This document shows, in pieces, positions 24,459-36,624 of a stretch of 64,000 bases of DNA. The stretch comes from Macrostomum lignano (Eukaryota). Under the pieces are notes generated by a model. The model was not told the origin of the DNA. It did no database searches and worked only from the letters and a program-made list of their open reading frames with translations. Location: contig NIVC01002351.1 in NCBI GenBank assembly GCA_002269645.1, forward strand, positions 62,001 to 126,000, given 5' to 3'. The first letter of the stretch is position 1; each line of letters begins with the position of its first letter. The position numbers were made by a program, and so were the translations under genes.

Positions 24459-24635
24459 CAATGCAGGTCTAGTGGACAAATCACAAGAAATTTCATCAAT
24501 TTTGTTGTCATTTTTGTTGTGCTCAGCGGTAAACGCCTGTATCTGATTATGACTCGAGTTTACGACCCCTCGTTCGCGTTCGTGCGCGGCCCCACATTCA
24601 TTTCTGGGCTTGTGCACGAAAATTGACCAGACAAT

Positions 24636-26295
24636 TAGTGTCTGTCTTAGTGTCTGTGTGTCCTAGTGTCTGTCTTGGTGTCTGTCTTAGTGTCTGTTTT
24701 AGTGTCTGTCTTAGTGTCTGTCTTAGTGTCTGTCTTAGTGTCTGTCTTAGTGTCTGTCTTAGTGTCTGTCTTAGTGTCTGTCTTAGTGTCTGTCTTAGTG
24801 TCTGTCTTAGTGTCTGTCTTAGTGTCTGTGTGTCTGTCTGTGTGTCTGTCTGTCTGTCTGTCTGTCTTAGTGTCTGCCTCAGTGTCTGTCTTGGTGTCTG
24901 TTTTATTGTCTGTTTTAGTGTCTGTTTTAGTGTCTGTTTTAGTGTCTGTTTTAGTGTCTGTTTTAGTGTCTGTTTTAGTGTCTGTTTTAGTGTCTGTTTT
25001 AGTGTCTGTTTTAGTGTCTGTTTTAGTGTCTGTTTTAGTGTCTGTTTTAGTGTCTGTCTTAGTGTCTGTCTTAGTGTCTGTCTTAGTGTCTGTCTTAGTG
25101 TCTGTCTTAGTGTCTGTCTTAGTGTCTGTCTGTCTTAGTGTCTGTCTTAGTGTCTGTCTTAGTGTCTGTCTTAGTGTCTGTCTTAGTGTCTGTCTTAGTG
25201 TCTGTCTTAGTGTCTGTCTTAGTGTCTTTCTGTGTGTCTTAGTGTCTGTCTTAGTGTCTGTTTTAGTGTCTGTCTTAGTGTCTGTCTTAGTGTCTGTCTT
25301 AGTGTCTGTCTTAGTGTCTGTCTTAGTGTCTGTCTTAGTGTCTGTCTTAGTGTCTGTCTTAGTGTCTGTCTTAGTGCCTGTCTTAGTGTCTGTTTTAGTG
25401 TCGGTCTTAGTGTCTGTCTTAGTGTCTGTCTTAGTGTCTGTCTTAGTGCCTGTCTTAGTGCCTGTCTTAGTGTCTGTTTTAATGTCGGTCTTAGTGTCGG
25501 TCTTAGTGATTTAGAGGAGGAAACCTCGACGCACCACGTCACTTTCTGCCCGCACTTCAACGAGGCGCGGAGGCGTCACCTCGGTCACCCGCTAAGGCTT
25601 GACGAGCTCACCACTCCGGACCGGATCCGTGATCTACGTGCATTCGTTCGGGATTCTGGGCGGATGAAGATCGCAGACGCCACTCTCGCGAGCTCTTCTG
25701 CCGGCGAGGGGTGGGCGCAGCCCCAAGGCTAACGCCTTTCTGTTTCTGTTTAGCTTGGGGTTGCGATAGGGGCCTCGCGGCCTATTCGCGGCGCTCTGCC
25801 CCCCGTCGGTAGTAAGTAAGTAAGTAAGTAGTGTCTGTCTTAGTGTCGGTCTTAGTGTCTGTCTTAGTGTCGGTCTTAGTGTCTGCCTTAGTGTCTGCCT
25901 TAGTGTCTGTCTTAGTGTCGGTCTTAGTGTCTGTCTTAGTGTCGGTCTTAGTGTCTGTCTTAGTGTCGGTCTTAGTGTCTGTCTTAGTGTCTGTCTTAGT
26001 GCCTGTCTTAGTGTCTGTCTTAGTGTCTGTCTGTCTTAGTGTCTGTCTTAGTGTCTGTCTTAGTGTCTCTCTGTGTGTCTTAGTGTCTGTCTGTCTGTCT
26101 GTCTTACTGTCTGTCTGTCTGTCTTAGTGCCTGTCTGTGTGTCTTAGTGTCCGTCTGTCTGTCTTAGTATATGTCTGTCTGTCTTAGTATCTGTCTGTCT
26201 TAGTGTCTGTCTTAGTGTCTGTCTGTCTGTCTGTCTTACTGTCTGTCTGTCTGTCTTAGTGTCTGTCTGTCTGTCTTAGTGTCTGTCTGTCTTAG

Positions 26296-26328
<33 letters not shown>

Positions 26329-26331
26329 TAG

Positions 26332-26369
<38 letters not shown>
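24636..26369. repeat. 12-bp minisatellite (TTAGTGTCTGTC)n, interrupted at 25509-25830
   Basis: Direct reading; grades into (CTGT)n near 26330. Confidence 0.95.
25509..25830 (+). mobile_element. 5'-truncated non-LTR retrotransposon (I/R1/Loa-group-like ORF2 C-terminus, 3'UTR and (TAAG)n tail)
   Basis: Encodes [24 protein letters not shown]...[16 protein letters not shown], typical of the ET..H..CP...R...lG...Fi..sgr C-terminal zinc-knuckle region. Stop at 25730-25732; tail GTAAGTAAGTAAGTAAGTA at about 25812-25830. Confidence 0.72.
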
Positions 26370-26370
<1 letters not shown>

Positions 26371-27004
26371 AGTTAGCGAGTCAATCTGACAAACAGCTAC
26401 ATTAAGTCGATCTGAATTTGGCGTGAATGATGATGCAACGGTGCTTTTGCTTATCAGAATTTTCCAATCCAGACTCCAGCATTTATTTAGAACACCATGA
26501 CTCTAACTACCTGGATTCGGTTTTGCTCTGTCCTAGACCTCTTTCCCATAACAACACCTACTGGCCACGATGCAGGGTCGGCCTCCCCCCTCCCCCATTG
26601 AAAAGAAATTCTTTGTATTGCTTTCTTACGGGCGCGGAACACGAGCCTGCACTGCAGTTAGTCAGATCCCATCGATTGCCCCATCACCATCTTCCCAACT
26701 CCCCTCTTCTTTCCTTCTCTGCCTGCCTTTGTCCAGCTCAAACCTGAATTTGTCTCTGCTCTCCCCTGTCGAAACCCAACTGACTAACCATTGGCGGGCT
26801 AGCCTCAGAGAGTAAGACAGCTGCAAGGCTCAAAGCTAACCACCTCACCGGCCCCTGCGCTCAAAGAGAGAGAGAGAGAGAGGATAAATACATGTAGGAT
26901 CGGCAAAAGCAGCGAGGTAACAAAAAACTGCTTTGTTCACCAGGCACACCTGCATCTGCACTTGCCAATTTTTTAATTGCTTTCTGTTGCTAACCAAAAA
27001 AGCA

Positions 27005-27385
27005 ATGGCGACAGTCGCGCTGTTTTTGCCTCTTCTGCTACTAGCAGCAGCAGCATCGGTCCGCACCTGCCAAGCCGTCACCCTGAAGCAGGGCATGGAG
27101 ATGCCCGATGTGTACATCCACTACGACACCGAACTATTCAACATCGGGCTGCACTGCGGCCTGTCCCTGGCGACCATGTACGCCATCCTGTGCGGCATCT
27201 GGCTGCTGGTCACCGTCTACATGCTGGTCACCGGCACCAGACGGAGGGGTCGAAGCTACGCGGACTCGCCGCACAAGAAAGCCGTCAGGTCTTTGTCGCA
27301 GAGTCGGCCGGAGCAGCCGGCCACTGCCGCCGCCGCCGCCGCCTCCGGGGAGACCGCCGCGTTGAAATCCGAGGAAGTCAAATGA
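27005..27385 (+). CDS. 126-aa orphan type I membrane protein (signal peptide, short ectodomain, one TM helix, basic/Ala-rich tail)
   Basis: MATVALFLPLLLLAAAASVRTCQA|VTLKQGMEMPDVYIHYDTELFNIGLHCGLSLATMYAILCGIWLLVTVYMLVTG-TRRRGR... Strong GC3 bias like the other genes here. Start context AAAGCAATGG. Splice-acceptor-like TTTGTTCACCAG at 26932-26943 upstream. Confidence 0.8.
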   Translation: MATVALFLPLLLLAAAASVRTCQAVTLKQGMEMPDVYIHYDTELFNIGLHCGLSLATMYAILCGIWLLVTVYMLVTGTRRRGRSYADSPHKKAVRSLSQSRPEQPATAAAAAASGETAALKSEEVK

Positions 27386-27494
27386 TTTTGTGTCTCTGAA
27401 TTTTTAATGACAGGTGGCTCGAAGTTTGCGTCGCTAATTGCATCTCTAAGTTGTATCTCTGAACTGTGTCCTCTAGCTGTCTCTGGATGGCGCC

Positions 27495-28580
27495 TCTGTG
27501 TGTCTTTATGTGGTGTCTCTGTGTGTCTTAATGTGGTGTCTCTGTGTGTCTTAATGTGGTGTCTCTGTGTGTCTTTATGTGGTGTCTCTGTGTGTCGGGG
27601 TCGCGTCTCTGTGTGTCTTTATGTGGTGTCTCTGTGTGTCTTTATGTGGTGTCTCTGTGTGTCTTAATGTGGTGTCTCTGTGTGTCTTAATGTGGTGTCT
27701 CTGTGTGTCTTTATGTGGTGTCTCTGTGTGTCTTTATGTGGTGTCTCTGTGTGTCTTTATGTGGTGCCTTTGTGTGTCTTTATGTGGTGTCTCTGTGTGT
27801 CTTTATGTGGTGTCTCTGTGTGTCTTTATGTGGTGTCTCGGTGTGTCTTTATGTGGTGTCTCTGTGTGTCTTTATGTGGTGTCTCTGTGTGTCTTAATGT
27901 GGTGTCTCTGTGTGTCTTTATGTGGTGTCTCTGTGTGTCGGGATCGCGTCTCTGTGTGTCTTTATGTGGTGTCTCTGTGTGTCTTAATGTGGTGTCTCTG
28001 TGTGTCTTTATGTGGTGCCTCTGTGTGTCTTTATGTGGTGTCTCTGTGTGTCTTTATGTGGTGTCTCTGTGTGTCTTTATGTGGTGTCTCTGTGTGTCTT
28101 TATGTGGTATCTCTGTGTGTCTTTATGTGGTGTCTCTGTGTGTCTTTATGTGGTGTCTCTGTGTGTCTTTATGTGGTGTCTCTGTGTGTCTTTATGTGGT
28201 GCCTTTGTGTGTCTTTATGTGGTGTCTCTGTGTGTCTTTATGTGGTGTCTCTGTGTGTCTTTATGTGGTGTCTCGGTGTGTCTTTATGTGGTGTCTCTGT
28301 GTGTCTTTATGTGGTGTCTCTGTGTGTCTTTATGTGGTGTCTCTGTGTGTCTTTATGTGGTGCCTCTGTGTGTCTTAATGTGGTGTCTCTGTGTGTCTTT
28401 ATGTGGTGCCTCTGTGTGTCTTAATGTGGTGCCTCTGTGTGTCTTTATGTGGTGTCTCTGTGTGTCTTTATGTGGTGTCTCTGTGTGTCTTTATGTGGTG
28501 CCTCTGTGTGTCTTTATGTGGTGCCTCTGTGTGTCTTTATGTGGTGCCTCTGTGTGTCTTTATGTGGTGTCTCTGTGTGT
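27495..28580. repeat. 23-bp minisatellite (GTGGTGTCTCTGTGTGTCTTTAT)n
   Basis: Direct reading. Confidence 0.97.
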
Positions 28581-29178
28581 CGAGATCGAGTCTCTGTGTG
28601 GCGTCTCTGGGCTGTGTCTTTGGGTTGTGTCTGTTTCTCTGGGTTGCGTCTCTGGTTTGTGTCTCGGAGTCGCGTCAAGTGTGTCTCTGACTTGTTTCTG
28701 AGCTGTTATATCCTTTTCTAACAATTTTTATCTGCATGACGAGCGTCAGTAATTATTAAAGACAGCTTTCTATCCTCGACTTTTTGTCTATAATTTGTTC
28801 ATCTCTGAGTTGTGTCTGTAGGCTTTGTCTGACTCAACGTAAGTCAGAATTTCTCTAATTTTTCAGATTTGTTAGTTCTCTAGATTACTGAACACATTTT
28901 TATCATTCATCAAATTTGACTCACCTGTTACAAGTCATCTCTAGGGCTTCGGATTTCCAATCTGATTAAAACTAAGTCTAGCTGTTTTGTTTTAATGCAC
29001 CCCCTGCCAGTGCGCACTTTTCTTGAATCAGCGTACATTAGCTTGCCTATAAAAAGAAGTTACCAATTTTAGAATTTTAAAATTTTAACGCGTTGCTGAA
29101 AAACTGAATTCCACATTGTGATAATATTAACAATAATAGGAGCGTAATTGATTAAACCTGCTCTAATAAGCAGATGTG

Positions 29179-29438
29179 CAACCGACAGCTCAGCCGCAGC
29201 TATTGCAAGGCGCATCTGAAGGCTGCGTACGGCTGTTCAGTCCAAGGACTGGGGGGTCGCCACACACCCTCAGCTACCTCAGCTATTGCTGGCACCCATT
29301 TTACAGCTGTGTGAACTGAAGCAATCCAGAGTTAAGTGTCTTGCTCAAGCATACACAGATTGTTCCGAGTAGGTCGAGAATCGAACCCCCGACCTTTCAG
29401 TCGTGAGTCCGACGTTCTGACCACTAGGCTGCAACACC
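29179..29438 (-). mobile_element. tRNA-derived SINE with CORE/Meta-like central domain, copy 1
   Basis: Minus strand: A box CAGCCTAGTGG, B box GGTTCGATTC, then TGTGTATGCTTGAGCAAGACACTTAAC...CTTCAGTTCACACAGCTGTAAAATGGGT, resembling the CORE-type domain. A close second copy lies at 32816-33082. Confidence 0.85.
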
Positions 29439-29841
29439 TGCCCCCCCCATTGTCATGCAGTGACGCCAACTCGTAATCAATACTATTCAGCAATGCGTTT
29501 GAACTTTAGTGCAATTTATACTCGTATTTTTTACTAGTACTTTTGTTTTAGCAACAAACGAAACAAAAAACTTGTTAGTAATTTTATTGCACTTACATCA
29601 GGCATCGCTTTTAATAAGAATTTCTTAATTTTCAATCACTTTTCCTAAACTCGCTCTGTTTGAAATCAATGCAACGCTATTGTCGGGCCTTTTTATAGTA
29701 TCAGGCCTATCGCGGTTTCTGTGAGCAGGTATGCACCCTGCACCGTTACTCAAAAATTAATAAATGACAACTCAACACAATAAATACAATCGATACTGGC
29801 CCATGCTGGCTCCAAAGTTGTTTGTACTTAATCTATTTAAC

Positions 29842-30403
<562 letters not shown>

Positions 30404-30834
30404 TAACTATCCATCTATATCCATCCATGCCCTGCTGAGTACGTTTTTGTACGGTCGCACAGAGCCAATTATGAAATTGCAACTGTGCCAGCAGTTGCAG
30501 ACGAGCACAAACTGACGGCTTCTCTCGCTGCATGCAAAGCGAGCTCCTATTCATAATGAAGAGTGGATAACTAATTTGGCTTATTTCATGCCCTCGGCCA
30601 AGCCGCACTGTCTGCCGCTACTAGCTCGTATCCTAATAGGGCCTCCCAACAATCGGATTACCTGTAAGTCCCTGTCACATGCAGTGACAGCTTTAGCTTG
30701 AGTTTAGAAACTCACTCTCATTCTCTCCTGAGCAGCCTGCACGCTCTGTTTTTCTTCTCCGCTAACTCCGCCCTCCTGTGTTTCACCTTCGTTTGCATTT
30801 TCAACTCTTTAAACTTCTTTATCGAAAGGTCGTT

Positions 30835-31800
30835 TTCTATCACTCTCTCTATTTCTCTCCTCTCCTCATTCGTCTCTCATCTCACCAGTCTTCTATCCTC
30901 TCTCCTCGCTCCTCCCTGCTTTTTCCTCTCCTTTCTCTCCTCTCTTCCCTCTCTCCCTTCTTTTTCTCCTTTCTTCTCTCGCTTCAATATTTTCTCTCTT
31001 CTCTTCTCCATCTCCTCTCATATCTCTTCTCTCTCGTCTCATTTCTCTCATCTCTTCTCTCCCTCTTGTCTTCTCTCGCTTCAATCTTCTCTCTCTTCTC
31101 TTCTCCATCTCCTCTCATATCTCTTCTCTCTCTCGTCTCATTTCTCTTATCTCTTCTCTCCCTCTTGTCTTCTCTCGCTTCGATCTTTTCTTTCCTCTCT
31201 TCTCCATCTCCTCTCATATCTCTTCTCTCTCTCGTCTCATTTCTCTCATCTCTTCTCTCCCTCTTGTCTTCTCTCGCTTCGATCTTTTCTTTCCTCTCTT
31301 CTCCATCTCCATCTCATATCTCTTCTCTCTCTCCTCTCTTCTCCTTCTCCTCTTTTCTCTCCTCTCTTCTCTCTCTCCTCTCTTCTCTCTCTCCTCTCTT
31401 CTCTCTCTCCTCTCTTCTCTCTCTCCTCTCTTCTCTCTCTCCTCTCTTCTCTCTCTCCTCTCTTCTCTCTCTCCTCTCTTCTCTCTCTCCTCTCTTCTCT
31501 CTCTCCTCTCTTCTCTCTCTCCTCTCTTCTCTCTCTCCTCTCTTCTCTCTCTCCTCTCTTCTCTCTCTCCTCTCTTCTCTCTCTCCTCTCTTCTCTCTCT
31601 CCTCTCTTCTCTCTCTCCTCTCTTCTCTCTCTCCTCTCTTCTCTCTCTCCTCTCTTCTCTCTCTCCTCTCTTCTCTCTCTCTCCTCTCTTCTCTCGCTTC
31701 GATTTTTTCTTTCCTCTCTTCTCCATCTCCATCTCATATCTCTTCTCTCTCTCGTCTTTTTTCTCTCATCTCTTCTCCCTCTCCTCTTTTCTCTCCTCTC
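30835..31800. repeat. pyrimidine-rich low-complexity tract with a 16-bp (TCTCTTCTCTCTCTCC)n core and about 80-bp repeated units
   Basis: Direct reading. Confidence 0.92.
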
Positions 31801-32462
31801 TGATCCTCTTGAGTCTTGAGTCTTGCACTCAGAATAATAAGACTTGCGGTGTGAGATTGAGGTGCAAAAACTCCCAAAAGACAAATCAAGGCCAAAGAGC
31901 AGGCTATAAACGGTTAAAAACCCCCAGATGCCCTCCAGTTCCGTTTTCTTGCTATGTACTCACAGAAAAGGTTCAGATATAATTAGGTATATTCTATCGG
32001 TAATGCTTCACTTTAAAGTTTCAAAGAGCACTAGTTCCTGTTTAAGAGAAAAAATCTCAATTCGGAAAGTACATTGTGCTGTAAAGGAAAGTAGAAGACA
32101 GGAGTTTAGCAGAGTATGGCCGCCACACAGATCAATAATTAATTTCGCCAAGGCTCACTGGCTGAAGCAATAAAGGTGGCTCAGGACCAGGTAAAAGCAT
32201 TCAGACCATGCAGGCCCTTGGAAACTGGTGCGTATAATTAACGAGATCATCGATTTTCATAACCGCCTATCGTATTCAGCCTTCTACTTTTTACAAGTAA
32301 GCTGGTGGAACTTTATAATATAAAAAACCAATTTGTGCTTCATAAAGTGTCTTACGCTACATATCGGTACATTAAGCACAAGTAAATGTAATATTGTACA
32401 GACTGTGCTTCGCCAAAAAAATTACAGTAATATAAACCCCCCGAAACCCACCCTATCTTATA

Positions 32463-32476
32463 GTTGCTATGGAAAC
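32463..32476 (+). promoter_or_regulatory. RFX X-box GTTGCTATGGAAAC upstream of arrestin A
   Basis: Canonical 14-bp X-box about 140 bp before the ATG at 32617. Confidence 0.55.
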
Positions 32477-32616
32477 GTTTCTGTCGCCAAAAAGCATTAA
32501 AAATCTCGAAATAGACTTGGCTGCTTTGAAGCCACGAAGCTTATCTCTCTGCTTTTAGCGGGCTAAAATACAGCCTGTGTAAACCGAGACATTTTATTAG
32601 TTTCTCTACGCAAATT

Positions 32617-35600
32617 ATGAAAGTGCAAACGTTTGAGATCGAGTTCGCTGATGCTGCTCGAAATCCTAACTCGGTCTACCATTCGGGTCAACTGGTGACC
32701 TTCAATGTTCACCTGAAACTGCTGCAGCCAGTTAAGTGCAGAGGTGAGTTTTCACAGTTTAAGAGAGGTAATTGAGCGAAAGAGAGGCAATTTCAACAAT
32801 GAACAGACCAACAAGCAACCGACAGCTCAGCCGCAGCTATTTGCGCGGCGCATCTGAAGGCTGCGTACGGCTCTTCAGTCCAAGGACTGGGGGGGGGGGG
32901 TCGCCACACACCCTCAATTACCCCAGCTAATGCTGGCAACCATTTTACAGCTGGGTGAACTGAAGCAATGCAGAGTTAAGTGTCTTCCTCAAGCATACAC
33001 AGATTGTTCCGAGTAGGCCGAGAATCGAACCCCCGACCTTTCAGTCGTGAGTCCGACGCTCTTATCACTATGCTAGAACCCCTAAAACCCGAATCTTCTA
33101 AACGATAAAGTATCGCATTAATCCGGCTCTCTACAATGTCACCTCTTTACTCATACATATAAAAGCATTCGAATCTAACCACTTACCAATGTTAATGCGC
33201 AGCTGTGTACGCCTCGCTGCACGGCAGCTCAAATGTGCACTGGTCGGAGAGCCGCTCCTCGGGCTCTGGGAAGTCGCGACGAAGTCGCACAGTGCACTAC
33301 CGATCAGAGGAGATCTACATCGACCAGACAGTGGCCGTCTACAGTGAGTGCGCATCAGCAGCTTTTTATCTCGTGTTATAAAATACTTGAGCTTGATCAA
33401 ACACTAGAGCTTAACGATGCCTAAAAACACAACCTCACAGCCCCTCCCAGCGATGGACCATTAGCCAGCCACCATCCAGCCGGCGAGTTCTACTATCCTG
33501 TGACTTTCCAGCTGCCCGCCACGGCTCCATCGTCATTTGAAGGCGGCATCGGCAAGATTCGGTACCGCATTCGAGCGAACATCGACCGGCCCTGGCGATT
33601 CGACACTGTGACGCAGAAGATGTACACAGTCATACGCGACCTCGACCTGAACTTGGAGCCGGGAAACTTGATTGGGCCGCATTCGACCAGCGACGAGTAC
33701 GATGTCAACTTCTGCTCGTGCTTCACGTGCTGCTTCGGTCAGGTTCGGGTGAGCATCGACCTGGACAAGAAAGGCTTCGTGCCCGGCGAATCTGTCAGGG
33801 TTGGTGGCGAACTGGTGAACACCTCTAGCGTCGACCTGGATAGTGTCAGCTTGGAGCTGTACCAGGTAAATCCTGCACGTTATTATCATTATTAAGTATC
33901 TGATTCCGGAGTACCTGATCAAGTACTAAAAGATGCATTTTCGTAAATGTAAGTACTCGCGTACCTAATTACGTTGGTCGAGAAAGTCTACTCACTACAG
34001 CGCAAGTAATTACACCTTGCAATTACGAAGCACCACCTGGATTATGCAATCATTTTCTCTCCGCCCGCACTTCATTTTTTGCGCAGAAAATTCTCTTCCA
34101 TGCTGAAGGCAAAACTCGGACGACAACTCGAGTGACCGCAACAGCCGAGCTACCGGGGCTGCAGCGGCGGCGCTCCATGCCGCTCAGCTGCCTGCTGTGT
34201 GTGCCGCCGCTGCCCAGCAGCCGCATCGACGGGTGCAACAACATCGAGGCGCACTACTATCTCAGGGTGAGAGCAGGGCAGGGGGCTCAACAGCTCAATT
34301 GGTAAGGTGTCCATCTCTCGTGCCAAGGTAATCCGGGATTGACTCTGAAGCCCATCTGCAAACTCACTAACTTTGGTGAGAGATAGTCAAAAGTTGACCG
34401 ATTTAGCACATCTATTTTATGCAGACTAATTTCTACTATTGATATTATGCAGTATTATACACTGTATGAGCATGAACTTTGCTTAATTTTATTACATCGT
34501 ATTTTAAATGATTGAGGACATCGAAGAGTAGCTCGTAGTTGAGGCTTGAAGCAGCCAGAGACGAGGCAACTAAGAATGCGGTGGTTAGAATTCCACTGAC
34601 CACTTGAGGCACACAAACAGGAATACATGCAGTACAGTAATGCACATCTGCACTCTCTGCCCATACTATCTCATTGTCATACTATATACGGTACACATGC
34701 CTTTGAGTGTGAACTATGCCTTGGGGCTCATCATGCTCATTATGCTCATCATGCTCATCATGCTCATTATGCTCATCATGCTCATTATGCTCATCATGCT
34801 CATTATGCTCATCATGCTCATCATGCTCATTATGCTCATCATGCTCATTATGCTCATCATGCTCATCATGCTCATTATGCTCATCATGCTCATTATGCTC
34901 ATACTGCTCATCATGCTCATCATGCTCATCCTGCTCATCATGCTCATCCTGCTCATTATGCTCATTATGCTCATCATGCTCATTATGCTCATCATGCTCA
35001 TTATGCTCATCATGCTCATCATGCTCATTATGCTCATCCTGCTCATCATGCTCATTATGCTCATCATGCTCATTATGCTCATCATGCTCATTATGCTCAT
35101 CATGCTCATCATGCTCATTATGCTCATCATGCTCATTATGCTCATCATGCTCATCATGCTCATTATGCTCATCATGCTCATTATGCTCATCATGCTCATC
35201 ATGCTCATCATGCTCATCATGCTCATCCTGCTCATCATGCTCATCATGCTCATCCTGCTCATCATACTCACCATATGTTCACCATACTCATCATACCTGT
35301 AGTTTAGCGAGTCAGACACTAATGAAAGGTGTCAGTGGATTATATACATGAACAAAATGAACTCAGAAATAAACTCAAATTTGCAGCTAGTAGCAGACGG
35401 CGGCTGCTGCCTGTCTGTGAAGCAGGAATGCTGCGAGCTCATCATTGGCAGCATTCCGCTCTGGTCCAGCCTGCATCATCAGCCTGCTCTGCCCTCTGCA
35501 CCTTTCATCGCAGGTAAAATTTACAGATCTTGGTTAATTAACCATGTTGGAACATGCAGGCACTAGAGCTATTTCTTACACTACTCCAGAGCCGCCTTCA

Positions 35601-35768
35601 TACGAAGAGTGCGTGTTCGGTAGGCAAGATGTCGATCTGGCCGATGGGTCATTGGTTGCTGGAGGCGGAGGCGGTGCCGCCAGCTCCCGTCAGGTTCAGT
35701 GGGCGCCCAGCTACCCGGTGTACCATCAGAATCGCCAGCACTCACTTGGATTGCCTCCGGTTGCGTGA
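32617..35768 (+). CDS. alpha-arrestin (arrestin-domain-containing, ARRDC/TXNIP-like) protein A, 392 aa, 6 exons
   Basis: Exons 32617-32743, 33203-33343, 33441-33865, 34087-34266, 35387-35513 and 35590-35768; all introns GT-AG and phase-consistent. Motifs VHWSE, PSSFEGGIGKIRYRIRANIDRPW, KKGFVPGE, CNNIEAHYYL, IIGSIPL and C-terminal PPSY. Confidence 0.93.
32816..33082 (-). mobile_element. tRNA-derived SINE, copy 2 (intron 1 of arrestin A)
   Basis: Collinear with 29179-29438; same B box and central domain. Confidence 0.85.
34283..34354 (+). pseudogene. degenerate tRNA-like sequence (tRNA pseudogene or SINE head) in intron 4 of arrestin A
   Basis: 72 nt long; GGGCT/AGCCC acceptor-like stem; D-loop-like AGCTCAATTGGTA; B box degraded (GGGATTGACTC). 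Confidence 0.35.
34726..35290. repeat. 9-bp minisatellite (CATGCTCAT/TATGCTCAT)n in intron 4 of arrestin A
   Basis: Direct reading. Confidence 0.97.
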
Positions 35769-36021
35769 AACTTTTTGTTTGAAACTTGAAAAAAAACAAT
35801 AACTTGAATTTGGGACAAGTGGCAATTGTGCTGCAAAGGACCAAAGAGGCAAAATTTTTCAAAAATATCTTGACATAATAAAAAATTATTGGTAGATAAA
35901 GTTATTCAAAAGATTCGTACCCAAGCTCCATAAGTTCTTCAAGAAGTTCAGTAGATGGAAAAATGCTCTTTTTAGTGTTGGTGTTGGAACACTGATGTCT
36001 ATATTGCAGCATTTATTGCAA

Positions 36022-36225
36022 TAGTAGCGCCCATCTAAGAGACAGTAGCGCCCATCTAAGAGACAGTAGCGCCCATCTAAGAGACAGCGGCGCCCATCTA
36101 AGAGACAGCTAGCGGCGTCCATCTAAGAGACAGTGGCGCCCATCTAAGAGACAGCGGCGTCCATCTAAGAGACAGTGGCGCCCATCTAAGAGACAGCGGC
36201 GTCCATCTAACAGACAGTGGCGCCT
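36022..36225. repeat. 21-bp minisatellite (AGTAGCGCCCATCTAAGAGAC)n
   Basis: Direct reading; about 9 units. Confidence 0.92.
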
Positions 36226-36360
36226 ACTCTGTGAGGGACTGTGACGTGGCATCTGTGACATGGCATAAGTTATTTTTATTAAAAATCATCAATGTGATTA
36301 GCTTATTTTTTTTCTACTAGAGGCAGAGGGCTGTGTGCACCCTTGGACACTTTAAGCGAC

Positions 36361-36624
36361 ATTGTCACACAACCGGCGAGAGGCATTACTGCCCATTCCA
36401 CCGACTCCCCTGAGCAGGCACACAAGCGCGCGGATACGTACGCAGTCAAGCGCACAGGCACACACTCACACAGGAGTGTACAGCGGCCCTAACTTTATTT
36501 TCTGGATGTACACTTCACTGTGCCTTGGGGTTTGGCCCTCAAGTGCGGCCCCTAATTTATGACTGCATTTGGAATCGAGCCTGGGCCGCTGGCACATCAA
36601 AGCGCCGCGCTAGACCGCTAGGCT
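36361..36624 (+). mobile_element. unclassified interspersed repeat, copy A
   Basis: Reverse-complement similarity over about 260 bp to 45698-46003 (for example CACACTCACACAGGAGTGTACAGCGGCCCTAACTTTATTT). Confidence 0.7.
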
